A DNA stretch of 64,000 nt from contig OZ251222.1 in assembly GCA_965240325.2 (NCBI GenBank), positions 2,914,001 to 2,978,000 of the forward strand, written 5' to 3'. Position 1 is the stretch's first letter; each line of letters opens with the position of its first letter. Origin of the DNA: Rebecca billardiae RCC1528 (taxonomy: Eukaryota; Protista; Haptophyta). Below the pieces are notes generated by a model. That model saw only the letters and a program-made list of their open reading frames with translations. It made no database searches and was not told the DNA's origin. Below are positions 44,601 through 55,994 of this stretch, in pieces. The translations under genes were made by a program, and so were the position numbers.

Positions 44601-47600
44601 CCCGAGCCCCTCGCGCCGCCACTGCCCTCGGCGGGCACGGCGGGCGACGCGTGCGCGCGCGCCAGCTCGGCGGGGGCGGCGGCGGCGCGCGCAAACTGTG
44701 CCAGCACCTTGCCCGTCGTCGCGCTGGACGCGCCGAATGCGTCACCGGCCGTCTCGCTGAGCGTGGGCCACGGTGCTGACAGGCCGCGACTGCACATGAA
44801 CATGGCTGCCCTGCCCCGACCGATGCCAGGTATGCGCTGCAACGCCGCGAGCACTGCGGCGCTGTCGTCAGCGAGGCGCGCGTACGCCGACTCGGACTCC
44901 GCCGCCTCCGCCGGTGGCTCTGCCGCGCCCGCGCGCGCCCGAGGGACTCGCGCACCCGGTGGCGGTGGCGCGTGGGCGCCGGGCCACGGGGGGCGGAAGG
45001 GATGCTCAGTCGCCGCCAGCGGTACTGTGTCGCCCGTGGCCGGCAGCGGCTCCGCGGCGTGCGCGCGCGCGCGCGCGGCGGGCGTCGTGCCGGCGTCCGC
45101 GCCACTGCGCGGGCCCGTCGTGCCCTCAGGCGGTGCGGCCGGCCGCTGCGTGGCGGCGTTTGGCATCGGTGCCGTCGCGAAGCCCATGCGTACGCCGGTG
45201 CCGCCAAGTGCCTGCGAGGCGATCGCGCGCGCGCAGTGCCGGCGCGGGCCGCCGCGCGCGCCCGCGCCCGCCGCGGCGGCGCCGTCGCGCGTCTGGGCGG
45301 CCGCCGGCTGCGCGCGCCCGGGCGCGGGCGCCGCCGCGCCGCGGCCCCCGCGGCCGCCTGCGCGGCCCCCGCGCGCGCCTGCGGTGCGCGCGGGGTCGCC
45401 GCGCGCGGCCCCACCGCCGTGCTGTCCGCGCATACGGTGGTATGGCACGTCCTCCGGCCTCGCGCCGCGCGGCCCGTCGGGCGCCGCCGCCTCGCCCGCC
45501 GCGGCTGCGCGCGCTTCGCGCAGGCGCTTCCACGCCCCCGCGACGAGCAGGAAGTAGCAGCACGTGCACATGTACAGCCCGCTGTCCAGCGCGCCGAGGT
45601 GCCACACATACTTGCACTGCGCGGGCGAGTGGATGAAGCAGGCGCAGCCCTGGCACGCCAGTCGGGGGTCGATCGGCGGCGAGTCCGCCGGCCACGCCGC
45701 GCTGAGGTCCGCGGCCTCGGGGTCGAAACACGCGCAGCAGCGCAGTTGCGCGGCGGCGGTCGTGCCGGCCGTGTACGTGGCAAAGTGGCGACGTCGCTGG
45801 TTCGCAACCACACCCTCGCGGAGCGGGCCGGCCACGCGCACGAGCACGTTAGTGTCGTCGAGCACGTGCGTGTGCGCGATGCCGTACAGGTGCTCCGGCA
45901 GCCCCTCGAGCACACGCGCGAGCTCGTCGCGGTGCGCTTCGCGCACGCGCCGGGCGAAGTCGCCGTCCGGGGCTTGCTCCCTCAAGGGGCGCACGTACGA
46001 CGCCGCGGATTTGCCCAACTGCACGCGCGGCGCGCGCGCGCGCGGTGCGCGCGGGTGGCGCGCCCCGGCGCGGCCCTCCCAGAACGCCAGCCGTCGCGCC
46101 GAGGACGCGGGCCTGCCCACGCGCGCGGGCACCGCTGGCATGGCCACGTACTTTTCGAGCAGGGCGCGCTTGGCGAGAGCGGGCAGCAGCAGAGCCGCAA
46201 TGGCGTCCTCCAGGCGCTGGGGCGGTGTGATGACGTCGAGCTTGGTGATGGCCACGACGCGCCCGAGCGTGTCCACCCGGGTGTCGTTGGCGTCGCGCTC
46301 GACCCGAAGGCCCACCTGCGCGAACCACGTCTCGCAGCGCAGGTCCTGGGGCAAGCACGTGCCCATGGCACGGCCGACGGAGGTCGCCACGCGGCAGAAG
46401 TGCATGCACGGCAGGCGCTTGCGGCGCAGCAACGCGCAGCACCGGAACTCGTCGAGGTACACGTGGCGCGGCGCCGAGCCGTCCGTGGTGTTGAGCATGC
46501 GCAGGGCACCTGCGTGCGGCCCGTCGAGGACACGGTGCACTTCCACCTGAGAGAGCGTGCGCGCCGTGCTCACCTGCTGGCGCACGTATTCCAGGTGCCG
46601 TGGCGGCAACCCGTGCACCTCATCATCGGCGTCGGGCTTCAGGGCGTGGCGCACGGCGACGCTGCGGTGCGTCGCGTAGAGGCGAAAGAGGTTGTCGTGC
46701 AGGTCGAGCAGCATCCACACCGGGCCCTGCGCCTTGCGCACCGGCAGCAGCCAGTGCATGAAGGACTCCGCCGGCGCGGACGTCACGTAGCCGCGCAGGG
46801 ACACCGGCGCGAAGCACGGGAAGAGCTCCTCGCGGGGGATGACGTCGAGGATGCGCTTGGCCGACTCTGGCATCTCCACCCAGGCGGCCTCCCACACCTC
46901 CTCGGTCAACGCGTCCACGCACGCGTCGAACACGCGCAGGATGGTGGGCACCTCGTTCGCCGAGTGTGCGTAGCCCGTGATGAAGGTCTGGCGCTTGTGG
47001 AACGTGCACAGGAAGAGGTGCCTGCGCGGGCACAGCAGCTTCCACGCGCCGCGCAGGCCCTTCTGGCCGTCCGAGATGGTGACGCCGTTGGGGTCGTCCC
47101 ACACAGCCGCCCCGCCGAGGTGCTGCATGAGGTATCCGACGTGCGCGCACCACGAGTCCAGGCACTCCACGTCGACGATGTACGACACGCACAAGACGAA
47201 CAGCTGCCGGTTGGCGTTCACGGCCAGCGTGACGAAGAGCATGCCTGCGTCGCGCGCGTGCGTGCGCGCGGGCAGGTCAGACGGGCGGGCGCTGAGGCGG
47301 CACGGACGCACGCGGCGTCGCGAGGGCGTGCCCGGGTGCGGCGGGCGCGCGCACCCGCGCGCTTCGCGCCACCGCTGGCGGGGCGGTGCAGGAAGCACGC
47401 GTCGCTGAACGCGGCCGTGTTGCCCTTCGCGTGAAAGTGCTCGCGGTAAAGCGCCTTGGCCTGCTTGGGCACGTAGTGGAAGCCACCCACTGCCTTCTTG
47501 CCGCGCACGTCAGCCAGCGCCTTCTGCACCTCCGCCGCGTCGGGGTTGAAGGCCGCGCGCTGCGCGCCCGCCGGCAGCCCCTGCTGCACCTCGTCGTGCA

Positions 47601-50600
47601 CGCGGCCGAACATGGCCAGCAGCGCGTCCTCGACCGAGTTCTCGTGGAAGATGATGGGCGCGACCTCGTTGCCCTCCTGCGACAGCGACGCGCACACGGC
47701 CACGAGGTCGCGCGACATGGCCGTGTCGTCCCCGTAGATCTCGGCGCGCGCTTCTTTGTGCGCTCGCGCGATGAGCGATTCACCCATGGGGAGCTCTGCG
47801 TCCAGCTGGCGCGCGACCTCTCGTGCTTGCTGCGGGCCGTAGCACAGCTGCGCGTGCGTGGTCCCGCGCCGGGCCAAGCGCGCCTTCCAGTCCTCGACGA
47901 TCGCCCGCCCGAGCTCGTGTTGGGAGTACGGCGTCGTGCGCACGCCCGGCTGGTTGGTCGGGCGCGGCAGCGAGCCGATGGGGTGTTCCTCGGACCCCTT
48001 GCCCATGCGCAGGTTGCGGCACATGGAGCCGTGCGCGACCGAGCGTTGCACGGCCCACGGCGGCGCGCCAAACGTGTCCACGTACTTCGACGGGCCCACC
48101 ACCACCACGGACGGGCACCCGGGCGTGGGGCATCCGATCGTCAGCTTGGCGCGGTCGACGCGCCGCGTCGGCGGCATGGCCCCCCGGTGCAGCGCGCACT
48201 CCGAGGCGTGCGTGAGCGCGTCGGCGAGGCGCGGGTACACCTGGCGCACCATCGGGGGCTCGAGCAGGGTGGCGTCCGCCTTCACCTGGGAGTACGGGCG
48301 CGGCGCCCGCAAGCCCATTTTCCTCCACAGTGCCAGGGGCCGGAGCTCGAGGCGGTGCGCTGCCGCCGACGTGCTCGCCGAGGTGCTCGACGGCGCGGAG
48401 TAGCGGAAGTACCCGGCGTCACCGCCGTGGTGCAGCGACTCCGGCGCAACAAGCCGGGCGCCGGCCTGGCCGGCGCGGGGCTCGGCGGGACCGGTGGAGG
48501 GCGGCTGCGCGCGAGCGACGATGGGTGGACACGGCATGAGGGCAGCCAGCGGGTCGCGCGCGCGAGCGGCGTCGCTGTCGGCGGACTCGTCCGCCTGCAG
48601 TGCCGCCTGCGCCGCGCGCGCGCGGGCGTCCGCGCAGTCGTCGTCCGCGATGCCCTCCTCCCAGTCGCGCACGTCGATGGCGGCACTGGCGGGATCGGCG
48701 TCCGTGACGAGCGGCTCGCCGCGGGCGTCGGACTCGCCGACGCGCATCGTCGGCCAGTCCGCGCTCAGGGCGAACAGCGGCGCGTTGCCGCGGGCGGCCG
48801 CCGTCGTGTGCGTCCTATGGCCCACGGACGCGTCGACGAGGGGCACTCCACCGCGCGCCCATGCGGGCGCCGACTTCTCCGTCGCCAACGCGTCGGCAAG
48901 GTGGCCACCGAGGTGGGCACGCTGGCCGGCGTGCAGGGCCAGGGCGAGGTCCCCGCCGGACAAGAGGCCACCTGCGTGCGGCAGCGCAGGGAGGGCCCTC
49001 AGCCGCGCGTCGTCGTCGTCATTGCCGCCGTCGCCACCGGAGGCGCCGCGCGGCTGCGGCGGCGCGCGCGAGGCGCAGCCGGGCGGCTGCGCGATCACCG
49101 CGCGCGCGCTGCTGCTGTCGAGGGGCGGCCCCGCCGGGTGGAGTGGCGGGCGCGCCGTCGCGGCGCACACAGCAGCGCCGGGCACCGTCACCGCGACGCA
49201 GGGCACGGCGTCGCCCGCAGCGCAGGGTGCGCCCGGCGCTGGCGTTGCCACGCGAGCGGGCGAAGAGTGCCCATCGCCAGGCCGCGGCGACGCGGGCTCG
49301 TGCGCGCCCGGCGCGTCCGAGCTCGAGCTTTGGCGGGCGCCGGTGTGCCGCAGCGGGGCGGACGCTGCGTCGGGGCGACGCACGGCCGTGGGCGCGCGCG
49401 GCCCGACAGCCGGGTCGTCAACGCCATCGGCGCGTGGGGGCCGCGCGCCCTCGTCAAAGGGGGCGCCCACGTGCGCGCCCGTGCCGTGCGCGGCCGCGGC
49501 GGTGGGCGCGCGCCCACCGCCGTCGGCGTGAGGCGCGGGGTGGCCGCCCGCAAGCCCCACGACGTGGGGCACGGCAGGCGCCGCTGCGCGCTCATGTGCG
49601 AGCTGCGCGCCGTCGGCAGCGCACACGGGCAGCGCCAGCTGCAGCGCCGACTGCGCCCAGGCCCGCTGCTCGTGGTCCGACGGCGCCTGCTGGCCGTGCG
49701 CCGCGGTCGGCAGGTCGACCACCAGGCGGGAGACGTACTCGTGGTGCGCAGGCGAGCCGAGCCGGAAGCGGGCGTCAGCGCCAGCGCGCGTGGGCTCAGC
49801 CCCCCAGCGCAGCCTGGTCTCAAACGAGTGCTGGAGCCCGCGCTCGAGGGCGGGCACGAGCCGATACGGCGTGGGAGGCGGGTCGGAGCGCGCCGCGCAC
49901 GGCGTGGCGGCGGGGCGAGGCGCGCTCGGCGGCGGCGTGAACGAAGCGCGGAATGTGTCCGCGAGGCCCCGCCCCCCGAATGAGAACACAGCCTTCAGGA
50001 CGAGCGCGTCCGCCGCACCCTGACGCGTAGGCCTCTTGCGCGAGGACGACGGCACGGACCCCGAGGACGCGGCGCGCGCACTGGGGGCCGAGCGGTGATG
50101 CCACATGGCGGGGAAGATGTGCACTGCACCTGCGCTTTCCTGCAGGGCAACGTCGCCGTGCAGCGGCACGGCGTCGGCGCGCGCACCGGGGGGGCGCGCG
50201 CCGACCGTCTGCAGCGGGAAGGGATTGGTGGGCACACTTTGCGGCAAGTGCAAGAGGACCACTGCCGTCCACAGATGGTCCTCGTCGGTCGTGCCGTCGA
50301 CGTGCCACCCGTACGTCGTGACGTCGCCGTCGTCGCACGTGCCGCGGCCCCCGTCGGGCGGACGCATCGGCCGCCCGAAGACATGCCAGGCCGTGAGGTC
50401 GAGCGCGTCGAGGCCGCGGACACCGTCAGAGGCGTCGCCGCGGAACAACGAGCTCACGACGCCCTTCAGCGCCGCCACCACGCGCTCAAAGGCGCGGCAC
50501 CCCAGCACCGAGCGCGCAGAGGAGCCGTGGTCGCCCACCCCCCAGCGCCGCTGCGCGGCCGCCTCGCCGCCCGCGTCCGCGGACTGGTACGCGTGCACCG

Positions 50601-52509
50601 TGCGCAGGAGGCCGCCACCCTCATCCAGCAAGGGCATGGACGCATCGCCGTCCCCGCCGAGGCCTGCGTGCTGCAGCACGTACTCGCGCAACGGGCCAAC
50701 CAGCACGCCCATGTCCATGTCCAAACGCTGCGGTGCCGCAGCGGCGGCACCAAACGCGGCCTGCAGCGCGCGCCCAACCGCGGCGTTATGCGCGAGCATG
50801 TCGTCGAGGCTGGGCGCGGGCGCCGCCGCAGGCGTCGGCGCCAGCGCGTCGCCCAGCGGCGGCTCGCCTGCAGGCGGCAGCGCGCGCGGCACCACCACGG
50901 CGGAGGCAGGGCGCATCGCGCCCGACGCCGCGCTCGTCACCTCGTCGCGCCACGGCGCAGCGGCGCCCACGACAGCGTGCGCACCGCACAGCGTCAGCAC
51001 CAGCGTCACTGGCGGCTGCGAGACGGCCGCGCCGGCCACGAGGGCCTGCGCGAAGGTGGCGTCGAGCAAGGGGTGCAGACGCGCGCCCTCGCCGACGTGC
51101 ACCAGCGCGGGCGCGAGCGGGATGACCACTGCCCACACGGTGCGCTCGGCGATGGTGGAGGCGGCCCGCAGCAACGGCCGCGCCAGCCACCCTTCGCGCA
51201 GCGAGCCGTCCTCGCACGCGGCCACAAAGGCCGCAAGACCGGCGTGGCCGTCGGCGACCACGGCAGCACGCAGCCTGACGGCGGCTGCGCGCACGGCGGC
51301 GTCACGTCCAGCGGCGGCGCCGGACGTGGCAGCGCGCGGCGCTCCATCTGCCGCCACCCCTTCGCCGGCCCCCACGACGGCCTGCGAGACGGCGCCGAGC
51401 CACGCCAAGCGGGCGCTCTCGAGTTCCGCACGCAGCTGCTGGTCGCGCCAGCGTGCCTGCTCAGCCGACGCGGGAACGAACGCGCGCGGCTGCGCCGGCA
51501 CGGGCGCGCAGAGCGCGCGTACGGCAGCGTACGCCTGCGTGCGCAGCTCCGCCGCTCGCGCACGCAGCGCGTCCGCGCAGAGGCTGCTGCGGCCTGCTGG
51601 CCACGACGCCACGCGCTCGAAGGCGACGAACAGAGGCTCGGACTGGCCAGCGTCCGCGCCGAAGACGGCGCGCGCGTAGTACATCACCGCCTCGGACGGG
51701 CATGACAGCGGCGGGCACGGGGGGGGCGCGCCCGTCCAAGCGCCCGACGGCGCCGCCGCCGCCGCCGTCGTCGCCGGGAGCACGTCGTCGACGCCTCCGC
51801 CAGTCCCAGCACCTGGGCGGGCATCCGGACGGGGGGCGCACAACGCCGCCAGAGCCAGCTTCGTCCGGAACGGAGCGGCGGCCCAGGCCGCACGCACTGC
51901 CCACGCGCATGCGCCCTGCGCGTGCTCAGCGGCGCGTGCGTGCTGCCCTGGGGTCGGCGCCGAGGACGACGGCGACAGCGACTCCGCGCCACCCGAGCGG
52001 CGCGCGTGGGACGTGCCTGCGGGCGGCGGCGCCGGTTTCCCTCCGAGCGCCGCTGCGGACGCCGTCAGTCGCGCCGTCTCCGCGAAACTGCCCTCCTCCG
52101 CCAGAGCCCCGTCGGCGGAAGCACCACAGGCAGCGCGCACGGCGATCTGCGCGACGGCCCTGAACCAAAGGGCCGCCGCGCACACGCGCGCCACCGAGTC
52201 CGCGCGCTCACGCAGCGCGTCCGGGTGCGAAGCCAACAACTCCGCACACTCCACCACAGTGAGCAGCGCGTCGGCGCCGCTGCCACCCCATACGCGCGGC
52301 ACTGTGACCTGCGCGGCGGCGGCGCCAAGGCCCACGTCGGTGCTGTGGACCACGCCGAGGGTGCACAGCACCAGACCAAAGGTGAACGTCCACGGGGCTG
52401 CTGCCGAGGAGAACTGCAGCGTGCACAACGCGTCGTCAGCCGCTGCGATCACCGCGTCCACGAGCAGCAGGTCGTCCTGACTGCTGGGGCCGGCGGACAC
52501 ATGCCGCAT
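41603..52509 (-). CDS. ~3,600-aa MULE transposase polyprotein (2OG-Fe(II) oxygenase-like, MuDR/FAR1-type DBD, DDE, SWIM, PHD-like, HhH, pseudo-OTU, OTU)
   Basis: ORFs 47218-52575 and 41603-47398 are joined by a phase-1 intron 47354-47245 (GTGCGC...GCAG), giving FSDACFL...G|MLFVTLAVNANRQLF...TISDGQKGLRGAWKLLCP..HLFLCTFH...TSAPAESF. DBD GCPTPGCP..WAV..HGSMC; SWIM RCC..LPCMH; other motifs are detailed under findings. Start codon uncertain. Confidence 0.88.
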
Positions 52510-52840
52510 GCCCGCCTGCGCGGTACGTGCCAGCACGTGCGGCGGAGAGGCAAACGCAGGCGCGCGCGAGCACACACACGGGGCACATCGTCAGACAGGG
52601 GACGGGGGCGCATGGGAGTGGTGCGGTGTGCGCGCGCGCGGCGGCGCACGCCACCAACATCGCTGCCGACCACACACACCCGCCCCGGCCCACCGCGACC
52701 TCGCACCATTCACGAATCACGAGTGCGACTTGCCTGCTCGTCGCGGCCGGCGACCGTCGACGCCTCAGACCGACTCGGATGCGAGAAGGGGGAACTCCTG
52801 CGAGGGGAGGCCGCAGGGAACAAGAACGGTCGGTGCGTGT

Positions 52841-53329
52841 GCGCGATGCGCCGCGCGCGACCGCGCGGCGCGCGCACGACGCCCGCGCGCGTGGAAGGCG
52901 TACCCCCTTAACGTCGTGCTCACGCCCAGCCCTCCCTCGTGGCGAGCTCGGGAGCAAGTTTTGCGGCGCGCCCCCCGGCGTCGCATTTCTCTAACTAATT
53001 GACGAGCAACGTTCCGGCGGCGGTCCGGGCGGGAGGAGTCGACGGCGTCGTTTCGTCGCGGGTGGGCGTCAGGCTGCGCGCAATACGAAAGTACCCACCC
53101 CCGCTCATTAGGGTACTCCGCCCGAATACAAGGCGGGCGTTCGCGCCGGTTCGCCGCGAGCGGTATCTTCCGCGTTGCGGGCGAGCGGCGCCATTTGCTC
53201 GCTCCCGAAGCTTCTGGCCGTCGGAAAACTGGCGGGGGTGCCAGTCCGGAAATCGCCGTGCTGAGATGCGGAGGTTTGTCGGAGTTCTGGTTGCTCGGTC
53301 GGTCCTCGTCGGACTTCCGGAGGATTCCC
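52841..53329 (-). repeat. MULE right TIR
   Basis: Inverted copy of 35542-36030. Confidence 0.95.
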
Positions 53330-53347
53330 TAAAACAAATAAACTGTA

Positions 53348-53414
53348 GGGAAGTGACGTCTGTGGGGTCACTTCCGCTGTGCGCACGAAAGTGAGGCCCC
53401 AGAGGTCACTTCCC
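53348..53414. other. Nested palindrome (double hairpin/cruciform)
   Basis: GGGAAGTGAC-GTCTGTGGG-GTCACTTCC ... GAAAGTGAGGCCCCAGAGGTCACTTCCC. The two halves are inverted copies of each other and each half is itself self-complementary. Confidence 0.75.
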
Positions 53415-54904
53415 TTCCCCCTCTTATTGGGGCATTTCTTCTAAGTAGCAAAGTCCGGACGCCCAGCTGGCGACCGGTGGCCACGATGGCGGCCACGCCC
53501 GCCACGTGGTGTGGGCGGGACCTTGCAAGATCAATCAAGGCGGATACAAGTGGCGGAGACTTTGATCATCGGCTAGCCCCCGTGCAGTGTGCTCTTAGCT
53601 ACACACTTATCAGAGCTGGCTCGTCTCCTCCCTCAAGACCCGCTGCTCTGTCTAGATTCTGGGTGAGCATTGCAGCATTCGCCTGATCCTCATGCGAGGG
53701 ACGACGACAACTGGCGAGCCGCTAGGCTGCTCAACGGTGACGAAGGCAGCAGTCGAGCTGCCAAGCAAAGGTCGACGCAGTGTACCTGTGCATGCGATGC
53801 GCGGGGCAGCGCGCGCCATCGTATCGCCCGTCGCCGTCGGCCACGCAGCTGCTACCGGCCAGCTGACATGATGACGCAGGGCCAGCTGAGCAGCTGCTGT
53901 GCCGAGGATCACATGGGTGCCAAGGGCTGGCAGGTGGCGTCATCACGGCGTATGCTGCGTGTGCTGCTCTCACTTACCGTGGTTGACCGGCTGCTCTGCC
54001 AGCGCGTGCCCGTGGCTGTTGCTGGGCAGGCAACGGCGCTCCTCCAGCCCGAGACAGGCTGCGCGCGTGCTGGTGAGCAGCCAACCTGCAGCTGATGTAC
54101 AGGCGGCCGCAAGCTGGCATGGCCGAGGGCACGCGGTGGCATGGTGTCTATATTAACCCACGAGCTGCCGGCCGCGCTCGCACACGCCGTGCAATCGCCT
54201 GCCGCTGCCGGGTTTGGGCACACTCGCGGGGGGGGGGCGCTCACCAGGCATTGGTCACACGCCCTCGGCGCCTCTGCCTAGCTAGCACTTGCAGACACAC
54301 CGTGCGGCAGCCCAGCGGCCACCATCCGCAGCGGTGGCTGCGAACTGGCCGAAGCTACGGGCGCGCGGCTGCATACTCTCCTTATTGGAACGTGCGCTGT
54401 CAAGTGTGATCGAGCTGACGGCGGACACGCCGGTCGGTGCTGTGTTCTTGCGCTCTCGGGGCCGGTGGTCATCAGGCGGTGGATACGCAGCGCGCCGCCA
54501 CGGTGCGCCAGCGCCGCAGCCGACGACTGCGGCTGCGACCAGTGTCGCGCAGCGGCGGCTGAGGGCTGTCGCGGCGGATGCGGCGACGGCGGCGGCGGCG
54601 GCGTGGTCTGGGCATGGGCTGCCGACGCCACGCGCGCACGCTGAGCGCGTGCAGCTCAGGCACAGCGACTTCGCGCGCTTATGACCGGCTGTCACCAGGC
54701 GGTGGACACGCGGCGCGCCGCCACTGTGCGCCGGCGCGGCCGCAACCGACTGCGGCCGCCGACTGCGGCCGCGACCAGCGTCGCGCAGCGGCGGCTGAGG
54801 GCTGTCGGGGCGGAGCGCGCGTGGCTGCGCGGCGGCGTAGTCTGGGCATGGGCTGCCGACGCTGCGTGCGCACAGGCGTGCGCACCCAGACCGGCGACGC
54901 TGAT

Positions 54905-55735
54905 CGACGCGCCCATCGCGCTGGAGCCGCTGTCATCCGACGCTGCTGTGCCCGCGCCCAGCAGCGCTCGACTCCGCGCCCAGTGCGGCGGCAGCAGCAG
55001 GGATGGTGCCACGGCGGGCGGCGGGCGCTGATGCAGCTGACGGCTCGGCTGTGCGCGCCCGAGGGGCCTGGGCGACGGGCGCGCCGAGCGCGGTGACGCC
55101 TCTCGCCTCGCCCGTCGCGCTGGAGCCGCTGCCATCCGACGCTGCTGCGCCCGCGCCCAGCTTGGGCAGCAGCGACTGCGCTCGACTCCGCGCCGCGCGC
55201 GGCGGCAGCAGCAGGGATGGTGCCACGGCGGGCGGCGGCGGTCGACGGAGCTGCCAGCTCGGCGGTGCGCGCCCGAGGGGCCTGGGCGCTGGACGCACCG
55301 AGCGCGGTGCCGCCTCTCGCCTCGCCCATCGCGCTGGAGCCGCTGCCATTCGACGCTGCTGCGCCCGCGCCCAGCTTGGGCAGCAGCGGCTGCGCTCGAC
55401 TCCGCGCCGCGTGCGGCGGCAGCAGCAGGGATGGTGCCACGGCGGGCGACGGGCGCTGATGCAGCTGGCGGCTCGGCGGTGCGCGCCCGAGGGGCCTGGG
55501 CGACGGGCGCGCCGAGCGCGGTGACGCCTCTCGCCTCGCCCATCGCGCTGGAGCCGCTGTCATCCGACGCTGCTGTGCCCGCGCCCAGCTTGGGCAGCAG
55601 CAGCAGCGCTCGACTCCGCGCCGCGTGCGGCGGCAGCAGCAGGGATGGTGCCACGGCGGGCGACGGGCGCTGATGCAGCTGGCGGCTCGGCGGTGCGCGC
55701 CCGAGGGGCCTGGGCGACGGACGCGCCGAGGGCGA
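54905..55735. repeat. ~214-bp GC-rich tandem repeat, about 4 copies
   Basis: GGATGGTGCCACGGCGGGCG recurs with ATG at 55003, 55217, 55431 and about 55644. A more degenerate ~225-bp duplication precedes it (54460-54870). Confidence 0.85.
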
Positions 55736-55846
55736 TGACGCCGCCTGCTTCGCCCAGCGCGCCGAGGAGCAGCTGCTGCCGTTACTCTGACTGACGTCTA
55801 CGTCTACTGAGATGATGCCGATGGCGTCTTGCAGTACGACAGCATC

Positions 55847-55864
55847 ATATATATACATACATAC

Positions 55865-55926
<62 letters not shown>

Positions 55927-55932
55927 ATACAC

Positions 55933-55991
<59 letters not shown>
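55847..55991. repeat. (TA)n/(CATA)n microsatellite
   Basis: Direct observation. Confidence 0.95.

Positions 55992-55994
<3 letters not shown>

Larger units (their letters stand above)
35542..53329. mobile_element. Giant Mutator-like DNA transposon (MULE), 17,788 bp, apparently intact
   Basis: 489-bp TIRs starting GGGAA. Perfect 9-bp TSD TAAAACAAA at 35533-35541 and 53330-53338. Internal MULE DDE transposase; two convergent long ORFs. Confidence 0.95.

Noticed and set aside
41681-51705. Long plus-strand ORFs (781, 710, 820, 865, 536, 524 aa) inside the MULE
   Set aside because: Antisense shadows of the GC3-biased minus-strand polyprotein; R/A/G-rich with no motifs.
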